64,000 nt of DNA, taken from assembly GCF_963921235.1 (NCBI RefSeq), contig NC_086108.1, positions 29,018,001-29,082,000 of the forward strand. Direction: 5' to 3'. Shown here piece after piece: positions 35,505-47,969 of this stretch. Position numbers and translations under genes: made by a program. The stretch's first letter is position 1. Every line of letters starts with the position of its first letter. This stretch comes from Mobula hypostoma. Taxonomy: Eukaryota. The notes beneath the pieces are model-generated. The model made no database searches, was not told the origin of the DNA, and saw nothing but the letters and a program-made list of their open reading frames with translations.

Positions 35505-35974
35505 ACATATATTACAGCTGGGGTGCCTAAGACTTTTGCAGAGTACTGTGTTTGTCAATGTGGTGTGAAGGACGAGTTTGTAAGCTTGGTGGGAACAAAG
35601 GACATTGGGAATGGCGAGGGTGGGTGCTGCAGGAGAGGTGTGGGACAAGTGGCAGACATACCCAGCACTGAGAGATCAGGCAAGGTCACTTGATTCCAAA
35701 CAATTGGTTTATAGTCCATTACAGAAAGTCTCTCTGGTGTTTTCCGCTCCCTTCCCCTTTTCCCAACCATGATTCCCCTCTCCCTGCCTCCTTCCCACTC
35801 TCAGTCCATGATAGAGACCCATATCAGAATTAGGTTTATCACCACGAACATACGCCATGAAATTTGTTTTTCTTTTTGCAGCAGCAGTACAGCGCAATCC
35901 ATAAAATTACTGAAGAATTGTTCAAAAGACTTAGGTACCCTAGCTATATATATGTCCCTAAGACTTTTGCACTG
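35505..35974. mobile_element. composite Tc1-TIR element, copy 1 (left outer TIR eroded)
   Basis: GGGTGCCTAAGACTTTTGCAGAGTACTG and TTCAAAAGACTTAGGTACCCTAGCTATATATATGTCCCTAAGACTTTTGCACTG modules flank an interior inverse-homologous to 38420-38815. Inserted in an old CR1 tail. Confidence 0.75.
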
Positions 35975-36065
35975 TACATGGTAAGGAAAAATTAAGAAGG
36001 CTATTGGCTAAATGCAGGCAAATGGAACTTTCTCAATTAAGCAACTTGGTTAGCATGGACAAGTG

Positions 36066-36565
36066 GGCATCACGGTACTGTAGCCATTACCATGATACTA
36101 TTACAGCTTGGAGTGTCGGATTAAGCATTCATTTCTAGCATCCTCTGTAAGTAGTTTGTACATCCATCCCGTGCAATGTGTGGGTCTTCTCCGAGTGCTT
36201 CAGTTTCTTCCCACAGTCTAAAGACGTACCCATTAGTAGGTTAATTGGTCATTGTAAATTGTCCCGTGATTAGACTAGGGTTAAATTGGGGGTTCACAAA
36301 CACAAGAAAATCTGCAGATCCAAACCAACACACACAAAGTACAGGAGAAACCCAGCAAGTCAGGCAGCATCTATGGAAAGGAGTTTTGGGCCAAGACCCT
36401 GGTACTGATAAAGGGTTTTGGCCCAAAATGTTGACTGTTTACTCTTTCCCATAGATGCTGCCTGGCCTGCTGAGTTCCTCTAGCATTTTATGTGTGTTTC
36501 TTTAAATTGGGGTTTGCTGGTTGGTGCGGCTCGAAGGGCCAATTCCACAGTTTATCTCTAACTAG
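36066..36565 (+). mobile_element. HE1-like SINE interrupted by a fold-back PLE unit (36295-36501)
   Basis: SINE core CAGTTTCTTCCCACAGTCTAAAGACGTACC; the insert is flanked by a ~13-bp TSD TTAAATTGGGG(G)TT (36281-36294/36502-36514). Confidence 0.75.
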
Positions 36566-37521
36566 AATAAAAATGTCTTAAACTTGTCTCTTCCTCCTCA
36601 AAGTTCAGTATTTTTCTAATAATAGAAACCATTGTGTTCAAAGAAAATGAAGAAAAAAAATCATTATGACTTTTATTCCACAGTTACCTCACAACAGGCA
36701 AGGACGCAGTTGATGTTATATTTAAGTCTCAGTTGTAGGGAGATAAACATACAAAGTGTGGTGCTACCACTAACTACTGCGTAGATTGCAGTTAATTCTG
36801 TTCCTGAAACATCTTTGGGGAGTTATAATTGAAAATGCAGGCGGAGAATCATTGAGAACACAATGTTGGAAGAAAAAGTAAAAGTCTGTCCTGAAAAAAA
36901 AACAACTTAGTACTTGCGTTGCCAAGCCCAGACAAGCTGCCAGTGTTACGTTTCCTTTCATGCTGACCAAGTAAATTAGTTTCTATTGGTGGAAACAGAT
37001 AGCTGATAAATTCAAGGCCATTTTGTGTGCTAGTGATGTTCACAACATCACTGGGTTATTTTGAAAGCAGCACTTCTAATTTTACATTTATTAAATAAAC
37101 ATTCTATTTTGTGCCAGATGTCCAGAAACAATGGAACTTGAAAGGGAGACATGACTGCGCAATAATCATAAAACCTACAGGTAAAACATTTAATAAAACA
37201 TAAAAGACAATTAATGTTTGAAAATATTGTGACCCATCTCAAGAGAAGGAAGGAAATCCGCTGAAGAATAACATTTGTTATTCTTTTGATGTCACATATA
37301 CACGCGCATTAGTTATTTCTTTCATCACTTTCTATCAGACGGATGACAGGAGTTCATCAGGGTAACTGATAACATAATAAGTGTATCTTCAGTTATTACA
37401 AAATAAATAAAATGTGCCAAATTTTTACTTCTGTCAGAAATTTCAGATAATTTGGCACTGACTCAAAAATGAGAAGACATCCAAATTAGTAACACATTTT
37501 AAAATTGGCACATAACCTAAG

Positions 37522-37554
<33 letters not shown>
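37522..37554. repeat. (CT)n microsatellite
   Basis: Directly visible. Confidence 0.95.
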
Positions 37555-37557
<3 letters not shown>

Positions 37558-38352
37558 ATTTCAAGTTGTGATATCAAAATTAAGAAATAAACATTACTGA
37601 GTTGAGAAGCAGATGCAAGATACAGATCAGTATTATGAGGTTGGTTTGGGAAAGTTGTACTGAAGTAAAAAGTCAACTACAATCTTATTAAAACAGACCA
37701 GAGAAGGCGAATAGTCTATTATAGTCTACTCCCACCTCTATCTCTTATGGATAGATGTCTCTGAGATTGAGAAAGCCATTGTAGTAAAGCATTGTACATG
37801 TTTTGAATGGGTTAGCAATCACTCATACTCTTCCTTCACTGATGATGCAAACTACAGAGAGAATCCATTCTGCACTTGATTTAGTCAGGACTACTGCCAA
37901 CTGCATTGGCTAATTCTGGGCACTCTGCATGCTTTTATTTCCAGTACGATATTCCTGTAAACTGCAGGCTAATGGTTATGTGTATGTTACTTCAAGAACT
38001 GGTCTATTGAACCTTTAAAGTGCATTTCATTATGATCCAGCTAATTACCTCCCAATCAGTCTACTTTCAACCTACTGCAAACTGATTCAAGATGGTGCCA
38101 GCAGTGCCATCAAGCGGTACTTACTCATGAATAGCCTATTCACCAATCTCCCAGTTTAGGATCGACCAAGACCATTCTGTTCCAGCCATCATAACAACTT
38201 GGTCCAAACACAGATGAAGGAACTGAATGGCAGGATGAAATACAGACTGGTTTTGTAATTGGCAGCGGTTGTCAGATTGTGACATTGAGGAGCCTTGGGA
38301 AAACTGATGTCAATATGCCTCATGGGTGAGATACTCAGATGCTGGAGTCATA

Positions 38353-38828
38353 CAATACTGAGCTTAAGTCTTAGGCACATATATAGCTGGGATGCCTCAG
38401 ACCTTTGCACAGTACTGTAGTAATTTTATGTATCGTACTGTCCTGCTGCAAAAAAAGACAAATTTCATGATATTTGTGAGTGATGATAAAACTGATTTTC
38501 ATATGGGTCTCTATTATGGACTGAGAATGGGAAGGGGGCAGGGAGAGGGGAATCATGGTTGGGAAAAGGGGAAGGAAGGGAAAGCAGTGGAGAGACATTT
38601 TGTAATGATCAAGTATCCAATTGTTTGGAATCAAATGACCTTGCCTGGTATCTCATTGCTCAGTGTGTCTGCACTCATGCCACCCACACGCCTGGCACTC
38701 CTTTGCCACCTGTTCCACACACCTCCCATGGTGCACACCCTTCCCATTCTCAAAATCCTTTGGTCCTGCCTGATTTACAAACTTGCTCTCCGCTCCACGT
38801 TGACAAATACAGTACTTAGGCACTCTAG

Positions 38829-38881
<53 letters not shown>

Positions 38882-38908
38882 TGTGTCTAAGAGTCTTGCA
38901 CAGTACTG
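38353..38908. mobile_element. composite Tc1-TIR element, copy 2, with internal (TA)n at 38830-38878
   Basis: Two short palindromes of the type CAGTACTGTGCAAAAGTCTTAGGCAC..GTGCCTAAGACTTTTGCACAGTACTG bracket the interior; TA on the left; host LINE resumes at 38909. Confidence 0.8.
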
Positions 38909-39354
38909 CACCTCACACAAAGGATGATGTCTGAAATACTGGAGATCAATTTTTCCTGCTCAAGGACATTACATCAGGGTGCTATCCAAAGTACAATCCT
39001 TCACAGCTGTTTCACTGATCAGCTCCTTTCCATCATTAGGCCAAAAGTGGGGTGTGTGTTAATGATTGTACATTGTTCAATCCCACTCCCAGTATCTCAG
39101 TAAATGAGGTCACTGTGGAGGAAGCACCAACAAATAAAACAACTTATGCCTGCTTGCAACAAGACCGAGACAATGTTCAGGCATATAGGCTGATAAGTAA
39201 CGTTGTGTCACAAGGCTGGCCAGCATGGCCATATCCAAAAATAGGGTCTAATGTCTTGCCCTCAACATTCAATGTTATTAGCACAGCTCCGTTCTCCCAC
39301 TTCAGTACTTTGGAGTTCACCATTACCAGAAACTTAAATGAACCAACCATATGC

Positions 39355-39754
39355 CATCTGGTGCAAAAGTCTTAGGCACCCTAGATGATTTTTTTGTATG
39401 GTTTCAGATAGTATGGCCTGCACAGAGTCCTGATCAAGGCTCTCTGGGGTTACCTAAGAGACCGAAGCAAGCAAGACAGTCAAAGTCAGCAGAAGAACTG
39501 TGGCAAGTTCTCCAAGATGCTTGAAACAACCTACCAGCCGATTTTCTTATAAATCTGCACAGTAGTGTACTGAAGAGGTTTGATGCAATTTTTTAAAGGC
39601 TGGTCAAACTAAATATTGATTTGATTGAGTTTTTTTACTGTCTACTGCTCTTTCTTTATCATAATTTTTTTGATATTTAGAAACATTTCATTTCATTATT
39701 TTTGAAAGCACCTTTGCTTTACAGAATTTATTACATGACTTTTTCACAGTACTG
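39355..39754 (+). mobile_element. internally deleted Tc1/mariner transposon
   Basis: TIRs GTGCAAAAGTCTTAGGCAC ... ACTTTTTCACAGTACTG|TA; interior TGGCCTGCACAGAGTCCTGAT = WPAQSPD, then EELWQVLQDA. Confidence 0.85.
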
Positions 39755-40519
39755 TAAATGCAGTCTTGATAAGCACAAGCTAGAGGGTTGATAACCTACA
39801 GGAAGTGAAGCATGTTGTCACACACCACTTTCCACAAGACACGAGTCAGGAGGGTGTTCAAACTACCTCCACCTGCCCGAATATGTATGAAAGCACTGTT
39901 GGCGTACCCTCATCAGAAAGACTGCAGTTGTTCGAGAAGGCAGCTCACCAATATCTTCTCAGTGGCAATTAATGATGGGCATTAAATGTAGGCCTTGCCG
40001 GTGGCACCCACATATTGGCGAGAAACAAACAGAATATATTCTTTGACATAACAACACCAAAACAAGTACCCAACAGTTCCCAGCCATGTCAAAATAGATG
40101 CTTCAGTCCTTTCAACTACATTAAATAGAGGCAGTTTAGCAGATACTGATATTAAGCCCATAATCCCTGAAGTCCTCAGACGTGCATTAGAAGTGTAGTA
40201 TAAACTTTGATTGCTTCACTTTCTCAGGCTTTGATTGATGTTGGAGTTATGTTGTTGTCTATCACCAAGTAGTTAACTCTCCTCAGACTAAGGGTCTCTT
40301 TCCACAATTTGTGTCTCCAGACAGAACTGTCTGGACAGAATTCAACCAAACAGATACCACCTATGCCATAAGATTGCCTACTTTCAGTAAAAATATTTGT
40401 GATTAAAAGGTAACTACTGACAGGGTCAGGCTGAGCGTGAAACTTATTTTTAGAGAGTATTTATTCTGGAGAATGCCTTTCCTCTGATTCACTTAATACA
40501 CAAAACAATTCCTTTTGAC

Positions 40520-40882
40520 CTTTGCACATACTGAAAGATAGAGCAACCACTGCTTTCTGAGGCAAATAATTCCAAGAATTTACAACTATCCGTACAGAGC
40601 AATTCTCCTCCTGACAGCCCTCTGTTCTGAAATACTGCTCTTTAGTTTGGGTGGTTAGGTTCCAAGTTAGAAGAAATAGCCCTTAACGTTTACCCTGCCG
40701 ATCCCTCTCAGAATGTTGCCTGCCTCTATGAAATCATCTCCCAACCCTCTTAACTCCTGTGAGCAAATAGCAATCTCACTCAACCTCTCCTCAGAGGACA
40801 ACACACTCTTTGCTGCATAAAGCAGGTGGTTCCTTTTTTTGATACAGAGACCTAAATTACATACAAACAAGGTCTAAAACAA
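40520..40882 (-). mobile_element. old CR1 3' fragment; probably continues at ~42140-42590
   Basis: ORF 40667-40870: LSSEERLSEIAICSQELRGLGDDFIEAGNILRGIGRV. Confidence 0.6.
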
Positions 40883-41257
40883 CGCAAACATGAGGAAAAC
40901 TGCAGAGGTTGGAATTTCAAGCAACACACATAAAAATTGCTGGTGAACGCAGCAGACCAAGCTGCATCTCTAGGAAGAGGTACAGTTGACGTTTCGGGCC
41001 GAGACCCTTCGTCGGAACTAACTGAAAGAAGAGATAGTAAGAGATTTGAAAGTGGGAGGGGGAGGGGGAGATCCGAAATGATAGGAGAAGATAGGAGGGG
41101 GAGGGATGGAGCTAAGAGCTGGAAAATTGATTGGCAAAAGGGATACGAGAGGATCATGGGACAGGAGGCCCAGGGAGAAAGAAAGGGGGAGGGGAGAAGC
41201 CCAGAGGATGGGCAAGGAGTATAGTGAGAGGGACAGAGGGAAAAAAAGGAAAGAGAA

Positions 41258-41300
<43 letters not shown>

Positions 41301-41770
41301 CGGATGGAGTATGAAGGGGAGGTGGGGCATTAACGGAAGTTAGAGAAGTCAATGTTCATGCCGTCAGGTTGGAGGCTACCCAGACGGAATATAAGGTGTT
41401 GTTCCTCCAATCTGACTGTGGCTTCATCTTTACAGTAGAGGAGGCCGTGGATAGACATATCAGAATGGGAATGGGACGTGGAATTAAAATGTGTGGCCAC
41501 TAGGAGATCCTGCTTTCTCTGGCAGACAGAGCATAGGTGTTCAGTGAAACGGTCTCCCAGCCTGCATCGGGTCTCGCCAATATATAGAAGGCCACATCGG
41601 GAGCACCGAACGCAGTATATCACCCCAGTCGACTCACAGGTGAAGTGTTGCCTCACCTGGAAGGACTGTCTGGGGCCCTGAATGGTGGTGAGGGAGGAAG
41701 TGTAAGGGCACATGTAGCACTTGTTCTGCTTACAAGGATAAGTGCCAGGAGGGAGATCGGTGGGAAGGGA
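40883..41770 (-). mobile_element. 5'-truncated Penelope-like element (GIY-YIG endonuclease + terminal repeat)
   Basis: 11-bp TSD GTC(T/A)AAAACAA (40872-40882/41771-41781); (AAAT)n at 41257-41300; mutated hammerhead motif at ~40983-41024. Confidence 0.9.
41330..41713 (-). pseudogene. Penelope-like GIY-YIG endonuclease domain
   Basis: FTCESTGVIYCVRCSRCGLLYIGETRCRLGDRFTEH...RLEEQHLIFRLGSLQPDGMN: VIY...CxxC..YIG pattern and GMN end typical of PLE endonucleases. Confidence 0.9.
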
Positions 41771-41789
41771 GTCAAAAACAATCGGATTT

Positions 41790-42137
41790 TAGGAAGTATT
41801 TAATCTCTTATGCTGTGTTTCTGATCACTCCTTTTGTTGCTATTTTGGGTGATTTTGATTGGGGCAGCCTGCAGATAATGAACTGAGCTGAACTGAACAT
41901 TCCTGGACTCTTTTGATTTTGTGCATTATATTCTTTGTTTTGCACTCATTTTTTGTTGCCCTTTGCATTTTTTTTTTGCGCATGGGGACATGATTTGGTG
42001 TTTTTCTTTGACCAGGTTCCATGGTTTTCTTTGTTTATGGCTGTCTGTGGGGAGACAAATCTCAGGGTATAGATATACTACATACTTCAGATATACTACA
42101 TACATATCATAAATGAACCTTGAATCTTTGAATCTTT
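41790..42137 (+). repeat. interspersed retroelement 3' end with (TTGAATC)n tail
   Basis: GGCTGTCTGTGGGGAGACAAATCTCAGGGTATA...AATGAACCTTGAATCTTTGAATCTT; homologous to 170-372 and 45870-46312. Confidence 0.6.
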
Positions 42138-42658
42138 GGAGAATGCCTTTTCTCTTAATGTACAAAAACAACCCCTTTGACCTTTGTGTGTAATATATAC
42201 TCAATGACAAAGCAGCCACTACACTGTTCAATCTATTCAATCTCAACAACACTTCCTTACCTCTGTTCTAGGAAGCTCCTTCCATTAAAGTCCCACCCCA
42301 TTTCGCTTCCCAATTGCTCATAGTAATGACATGTTTATATCAGCCATAAAGCCAAGATCCCTCTGTATGCTACCACTGACCACTTTCTCACCGTTCTTCC
42401 TCCCAAACTGAACAATCTCACATTTTTCCATCTGCCTTATCTTTGTCCATCCACTTAGCCTGTTTATATCTTTTTGCTACCTCTCTGCGTTCTCTCACTG
42501 CTCACATTCTCTCTTCATTTTGGAGCTGGTCCCTTTCCATTCTGTATTTATTCAGTCTCACCTGAATAGCTGAGAACCCATGACTGGTCTCCATTTCAGC
42601 CCAAAATTAAAAGATGAAAAACAAATCTGCTGGAAAAACAGTTCATCTGTGTTGTATA

Positions 42659-43329
42659 TGTAATGCCCTGGTTCATATTTTTACTGTTATGCAGTGTGTA
42701 TTTCATTTTGGCAGCTCTGTAAGAGTAGTTCGTTTTCAGTTTGCTCCATGTTCAGATTGTTTAGGTTATTGTTGAAGATAAGAGATGAGGAGAAATGTGT
42801 CCCATCCAAATAGGATGGACGAATTAAGGGGGGGGCGGTGTTTGTTTGATGAGTGACACTAAGGTTGGACTTGGGCTTATCTTTGGCGGGAGATGCTGGG
42901 GAGAACTGGTCATAGCATAAAATCTGGGGGGAAACCCATGTGCTCGAGATGGATTGTGAGCGACGTTCAGAAAATGGTGTGGGCATTCACGCTGACCAAG
43001 GACCCAGCACATGAGTGAGTGACAGAGATGTTCAAGATGATCTCCAACTTGTGCACATTTGACTGTTTAATTAAAATGGGCCCTTTTCTTTTTCTTCTTC
43101 TCTACTAATCCTTTAGTTAAGTTAAGATTCATAAATATAATTCCTTTAGTCGTATGCATTGTACTGAATGTTACTTCGTGGCACTAATTTGTAACAGAGT
43201 AGCAGATTATGCAGCATCCACACAGACCAGGGTTTGGCATGGGATCGAGCTGTCTCAATCTCACGAGTTTGGCAGGACTTCAGAGTACCTTCCCTAGACC
43301 TATGCAGCCAAAGAAACCAGGGTATTTCA
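42659..43329. mobile_element. solo LTR (~671 bp)
   Basis: TG...CA ends with imperfect inverted termini TGTAATGCCCTGG / CCAGGGTATTTCA; 4-bp TSD TATA (42655-42658/43330-43333). Confidence 0.8.
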
Positions 43330-43589
43330 TATATTTTACTTAATCATATTCTCCAAGCTCAATTTTTTAACAGCACCCATTCAAAGTGTCTATGTGAAGA
43401 GATGGAATCAACTTTGATCAAAATAATCCAACACACTAAACATATGAAAGCAACGGTCAAAATGATCTCACTGGAGTTTTAATCAACACTTATAACTGAT
43501 CCAAATCATGAAAATATGACAGAGCAGGGAAGACTGGAACTTGTAACACAAAAGTTACAGGTTGTAACATTGTACTTACAGCTGCATCT

Positions 43590-45215
43590 GTATTTACTCT
43601 GGAGAGGAAACAGAGTCTATCCATGTGAGCAAATGCAGCAGTAAGGTCATGGACCTCACAGATTTCAGAGGAGGAGGAGGTGTTTGCTGTCTTGAGGCAG
43701 ATTAGGGTGGATAAACTCCCAGGCCCTGACTAGGTGTTTGCTCAGACTCTGGGGGAGGGTAGTGCAGAAATTGCAGGGGCAATAGCAGAGATATTTCAAA
43801 CACCGTTAGCAATGGGTGAGGTGCCAGAGGATTGGTGGGCAGCTAATGTTGTTCTGTTGTATAAGAAAGATTCTAAGAATAAGCCAGGAAATTATAGGCC
43901 TGACATCAGTAGTGGGAAAGTTATTGAAAGGTTTTCTAAGGAACTGGATATATAAGTATTTGCATAAACAGGGACAGATTAGGGATAGTCAAAATGACTT
44001 TATACATGCTAAGTCGTGTCTGACCAATCTTCTTGATGTTTTTCAAGGAAGTTGCCAGGAAAGTCGATGAAGGCAAAGCTGTGGATGTTGTTTTCATGCA
44101 CTTTAATAAGGCCTTTGACAAGGTCTTGCTTGTGTGGTTGGTCAAGAAGGTTCAATCGCTTGGCATTCAAAAGGAGGTAGTAAATTGTATTAGACTTTGG
44201 CTACGCAGAAGAAGCCAGAGAGTGGTAGTAGGTGGCTGCCTCTGTCTGGAGGCCTATGACTAGTGGAATGCCACAGAGATTAGTGCTAGGTCCATTGTTT
44301 GTCATCTACATCAATGATCTGGATGTTAATGTGGTTAACTGGATCAGCAAATTTGGAGATGACACCAAAATTGGAGGTGTAGTGGACAGTGAGGGAAACT
44401 ATCAAAGCTTACAGTAGGATCATGACCAGCTGCAAAAAGGGGCTGAAAATAGCAGATAGTATTTAATGCAGGCAAGTGTGATGTTTCGCACTTTGGGAGG
44501 ATCAACAAGGGTAGGTCTTACATGGTGAGCGGTAGGGCATTAAAAAGTGAGAAATACGGATCAATAATTTCTTGAAAGTGGCATCACTGGTAAAAAGGTG
44601 ATAAAGAAATCTTTTGGCACATTGGCATTCATAAATCAATATATTAAGTACAGGAGTTGAAATTGTATCAGATGTTGATGAGGCCTAAGTTGAAGTATTG
44701 TGTGCAGTTTTGGTCACCTACCTACAGGAAAGATGTAACTTACATTGAAAGATGTAACTTACAGAAAAAATTTACACGGATGTTGCCAGGACTTGGGGAC
44801 CTGAGTTACAGGGAAAGATTGAATAGGTTTGGACTTCATTCCCTGGAATGTAGAAGATTGAGTGGAGATTTGATAGACAAAATTGTGAGGGGTATAGATA
44901 GGGTAAAGCTTTTTCCATTGAAGTTGGGTGAGGTTACAACTAGAGGTCATAGGTTAAGGGTGAAAGGTGAAATGTTTAAGTGGAGCATGAAGGGGAACTT
45001 CTTCACTCAGAGGGCGGTGAGAGTGTGGAACAAGCTGCCAGCACAAATGGTGGATGCGGGGTTGATTTCAACATTTAGGAGAAATTTGGATAGGTACATG
45101 GATGGGAGGAGTATGGAGAGTTATGGTCTGGGTGCAGGTTGATGGGACCAGGCTAATAATGCAGCACAGGCTAGATGGGCTGAAGGGCCAGTTTCTGTTC
45201 TGTTGTGTTCATGTC
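43590..45215 (+). mobile_element. 5'-truncated CR1 LINE, frameshifted RT
   Basis: EVPEDWWAANVVLLYKK, FMHFNKAFDKV, KFGDDTKIGG, YCVQFWSPTYRKD, FFTQRAVRVWNKLP. Confidence 0.92.
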
Positions 45216-45869
45216 ACATGGAGTGGGATTGGAAATCATATATTATCAGCTGTATTGACACATTTAGGTAGCACGTCAGATTATCAAATCATTGAGATTT
45301 GAACTCTTCAGTAGTGCCATCATTAGTTACAGTGCTGGAAAAGTCATCTTATGAATTAAACAGGCTGAATAACAGGCAGCAGATGCCTGACAGAATTACT
45401 TGCTGTATAGGCTCCATAAATTTTGGGTGCATTGACTGATACATTGTCTTACTCTTGAAATGACCGTGCTGCAGGTTTTCAAACAGTAGAGCTCAGACTG
45501 TCTCCAGTCACCTTGCTGATGTTTTCTGTTTACCTCTTGAAGTAATATTCCCATTACTTTACTACCACAGACAGATTTAGTCCTTGAGTTTCCTGTCTGC
45601 CCACCTGACGTTATGTCATTTCCAAATGACCTCTGGTTGAACCTTTGACCCCCACCCCCCCCATTGCTCTTTTGTACCATTTGATCACGTTTTTCATTGA
45701 ATGTAAAGATCACTCACTTTCACTGTATCAGGCTGCTCACTGTGAAAAGGTGTAACCAGCATGTGTGTAGTTGTAGCGGCCACGTCACAGACATGATCCT
45801 TACCTACCGCTATTTGCCGGATCTTTCTCTGTGTTAATTGCATGCCCCTATTTCGTCGATTAAAGCAAC

Positions 45870-46312
45870 GAGAGAGATTGAAACATCGAGGTGAATGCAG
45901 ATGGTGAGCCCTGGCTACTTGCCTTTTGATCATTGGTGGGTTTGCTCTGCTGCCAGAGAGGGGAGCCTGTGTGGCCTGTCACTGTGCCTGGAGGATGTTA
46001 CCAAGGTTTTCTGCATTTTGGATATGGATATGGATATGGTGTGGACTATGGACTATGGACTTTTTTCAGTCTTATAGTTTTTTAGATTCTGCACTTTTTG
46101 CCCGATCTTTCTCTATTTGTTGTGCGATGGAAGGGGGATCTGGGGGTCGATGTTCCTGTACCATTTTTGTTCGTTTTGTTGTGCGACGGAGGGGGGATTT
46201 GGGGGTTGATGATTGTTTTGCTGCTCTTTTTTTTAGTTTCATGGCTACCTGGAGAAGAGGAATTTCAGAGTTGTATACTTTGATAGTAAATGAACTTTTG
46301 AATCCTTTGAAG
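45870..46312 (+). repeat. interspersed retroelement 3' end with (TTGAA) tail
   Basis: ATGGCTACCTGGAGAAGAGGAATTTCAGAGTTGTATACTTTGATAGTAAATGAACTTTTGAATC; related to 41790-42137. Confidence 0.55.
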
Positions 46313-47254
46313 TCCCTAATTACAAAAGTCATTACATTTCAAAAATAATTAATTGCCTGTAAAATCTATTTCGTGATCCAGAGATTTAGACTAAAAATCC
46401 AGAAGATATTGTGGTAGAGAAGTTGGGACCATGGGGACATTCTATTAAAGAAGTTTCTACAGCATCTGTTAAATAGATCCGGCTCAAGTCACCGTAGAGA
46501 GCATGTCCATCATTCCCTTTTTTTCCTCTATCCTTTTGTATGTGCACAGTTTTTTTGTTTTTTGGCAGGTTGGTTGTTTGTCTGTCCTGTTGGGTACCAG
46601 TTTTCATTGATTCTATAGTGTGTCTTTCATTTACTGCAAGAGAATGAATCTCATGGTTGTATATGGTGACATATCTGTACTTTGATGAGTTCACAGGAAA
46701 AATGAACAAAAGGCAATGCTGATCTGACCTCAATACTGACAACTGGTACCTAGAGCTTCAGTCAACATCCTTGTATGGTGTTAAACAGCGTCAGCATGTT
46801 GGGAAAGGACTTCTGTTACCTCCAGCACCACTACCACCATTACCATCAGTTGTTTGTTGATTTAGTCTGGCTTTGATGTGGTACATGCTTTCTATACTTA
46901 ATTCAAGTTGCAGAGGGGATACAAGTCCTGAAAAACTTTCTGCTATTGAGACTTGGTGTTATAGAGTCATAGGTCATTCAACACAGAAACAAGTCACTTG
47001 TCCCACCATTTCCCTGCCAACAGTCTATACTAACCCATTTATCTGCAATTGTTCCGTTTCTTCCTGTGCTTCAGCAAAACAGTGCTCATGAAGTCCTGAT
47101 AAAGGTTCTTGGCCCAAAACATTGGCTGTTTATTCCTCTCCATAGATGCTACCTTACTTGCTGAGGTCCTCCATCACAGTGGGAGTGTTGCTCAAGATTT
47201 CCAGCATCTGCAGAATCTGTTGTATTTGTCAGTGTTCACCTAGATCAGTGGTTC

Positions 47255-47969
47255 CTCATCCCAACTATGAAGCATGGTGGAAGGAGCATTAAGGAGCTTT
47301 GCTACCTCAGGGCCCGGACAGCTTGCAATTGTTGAGGGAACAATGAATTCAAAATTGCATCAAGACATTTTACATGACAGAGTCAGGTAGCAGTCCATCA
47401 CCTGAAGCTTAATAGAAGTTAGATAATGCGACAAGACAATGATCCAAAAGACAAGAGTAAATTAACAACAGAATGGTTTGAAAAGAAGAAAATTTGTGTT
47501 TTGGAATGGCCAAGTCAAAGACCTGACCTTAATCCTATAGAAATGTTGTGGAAAGATCCGATCAAGCAGTTCATGCAAGGAAGCCCACCAACTTCCCAAA
47601 GCTGAAGCAGTTTTGTAAGGAGGAATGGCCTAAAATTCCTCCAAGCGATGTGCAGGACTGATCAACAGTTACTAGAAGTACTTGGGTGAAGTTATTGCTG
47701 TGCAAGGGCGTGGGGGGGGGGGCAGGATGGGGATCACACCAACTACTGAAAGCAAAGGTTCACATACTTTTTCCAACAAATACATGTAATACTCGATCAT
47801 TTTTCTCAATAAATAAATGAACAATTGTAATGTTTTTTGAGTCATTTATTTAAGTGGGTTTTCTTTATCTAGTTTTAGGACTTACATGAAGATCTGATCA
47901 CATTTTAGGTCATATTTACACAGAAATATTAAAAATTCTACAGGGTTCACAAACTTTCTAGCATTAGTA
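47255..47969 (+). mobile_element. Tc1 transposon 3' half (transposase relic + right end)
   Basis: [31 protein letters not shown]; repeated GGTTCACATACTTT / GGTTCACAAACTTT sub-terminal motif. Confidence 0.9.

Larger units (their letters stand above)
38030..40030 (+). mobile_element. ancient CR1-group LINE relic broken by two Tc1-derived insertions
   Basis: CCAGCTAATTACCTCCCAATCAGTCTACTTTCA (PANY.PISLLS); tail GGCAATTAATGATGGGCATTAAATGTAGGCCTTGCC. Same family as 6400-6990. Confidence 0.65.

Noticed and set aside
38392..38934. 180-aa ORF with a YIYIYI run
   Set aside because: Read through the composite repeat and a (TA)n microsatellite; no domain.
35510..39754. Recurring ~25-bp palindromic repeats as a CRISPR-like array
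   Set aside because: They are Tc1 TIRs in both orientations with irregular spacing, in eukaryotic DNA with no cas genes.
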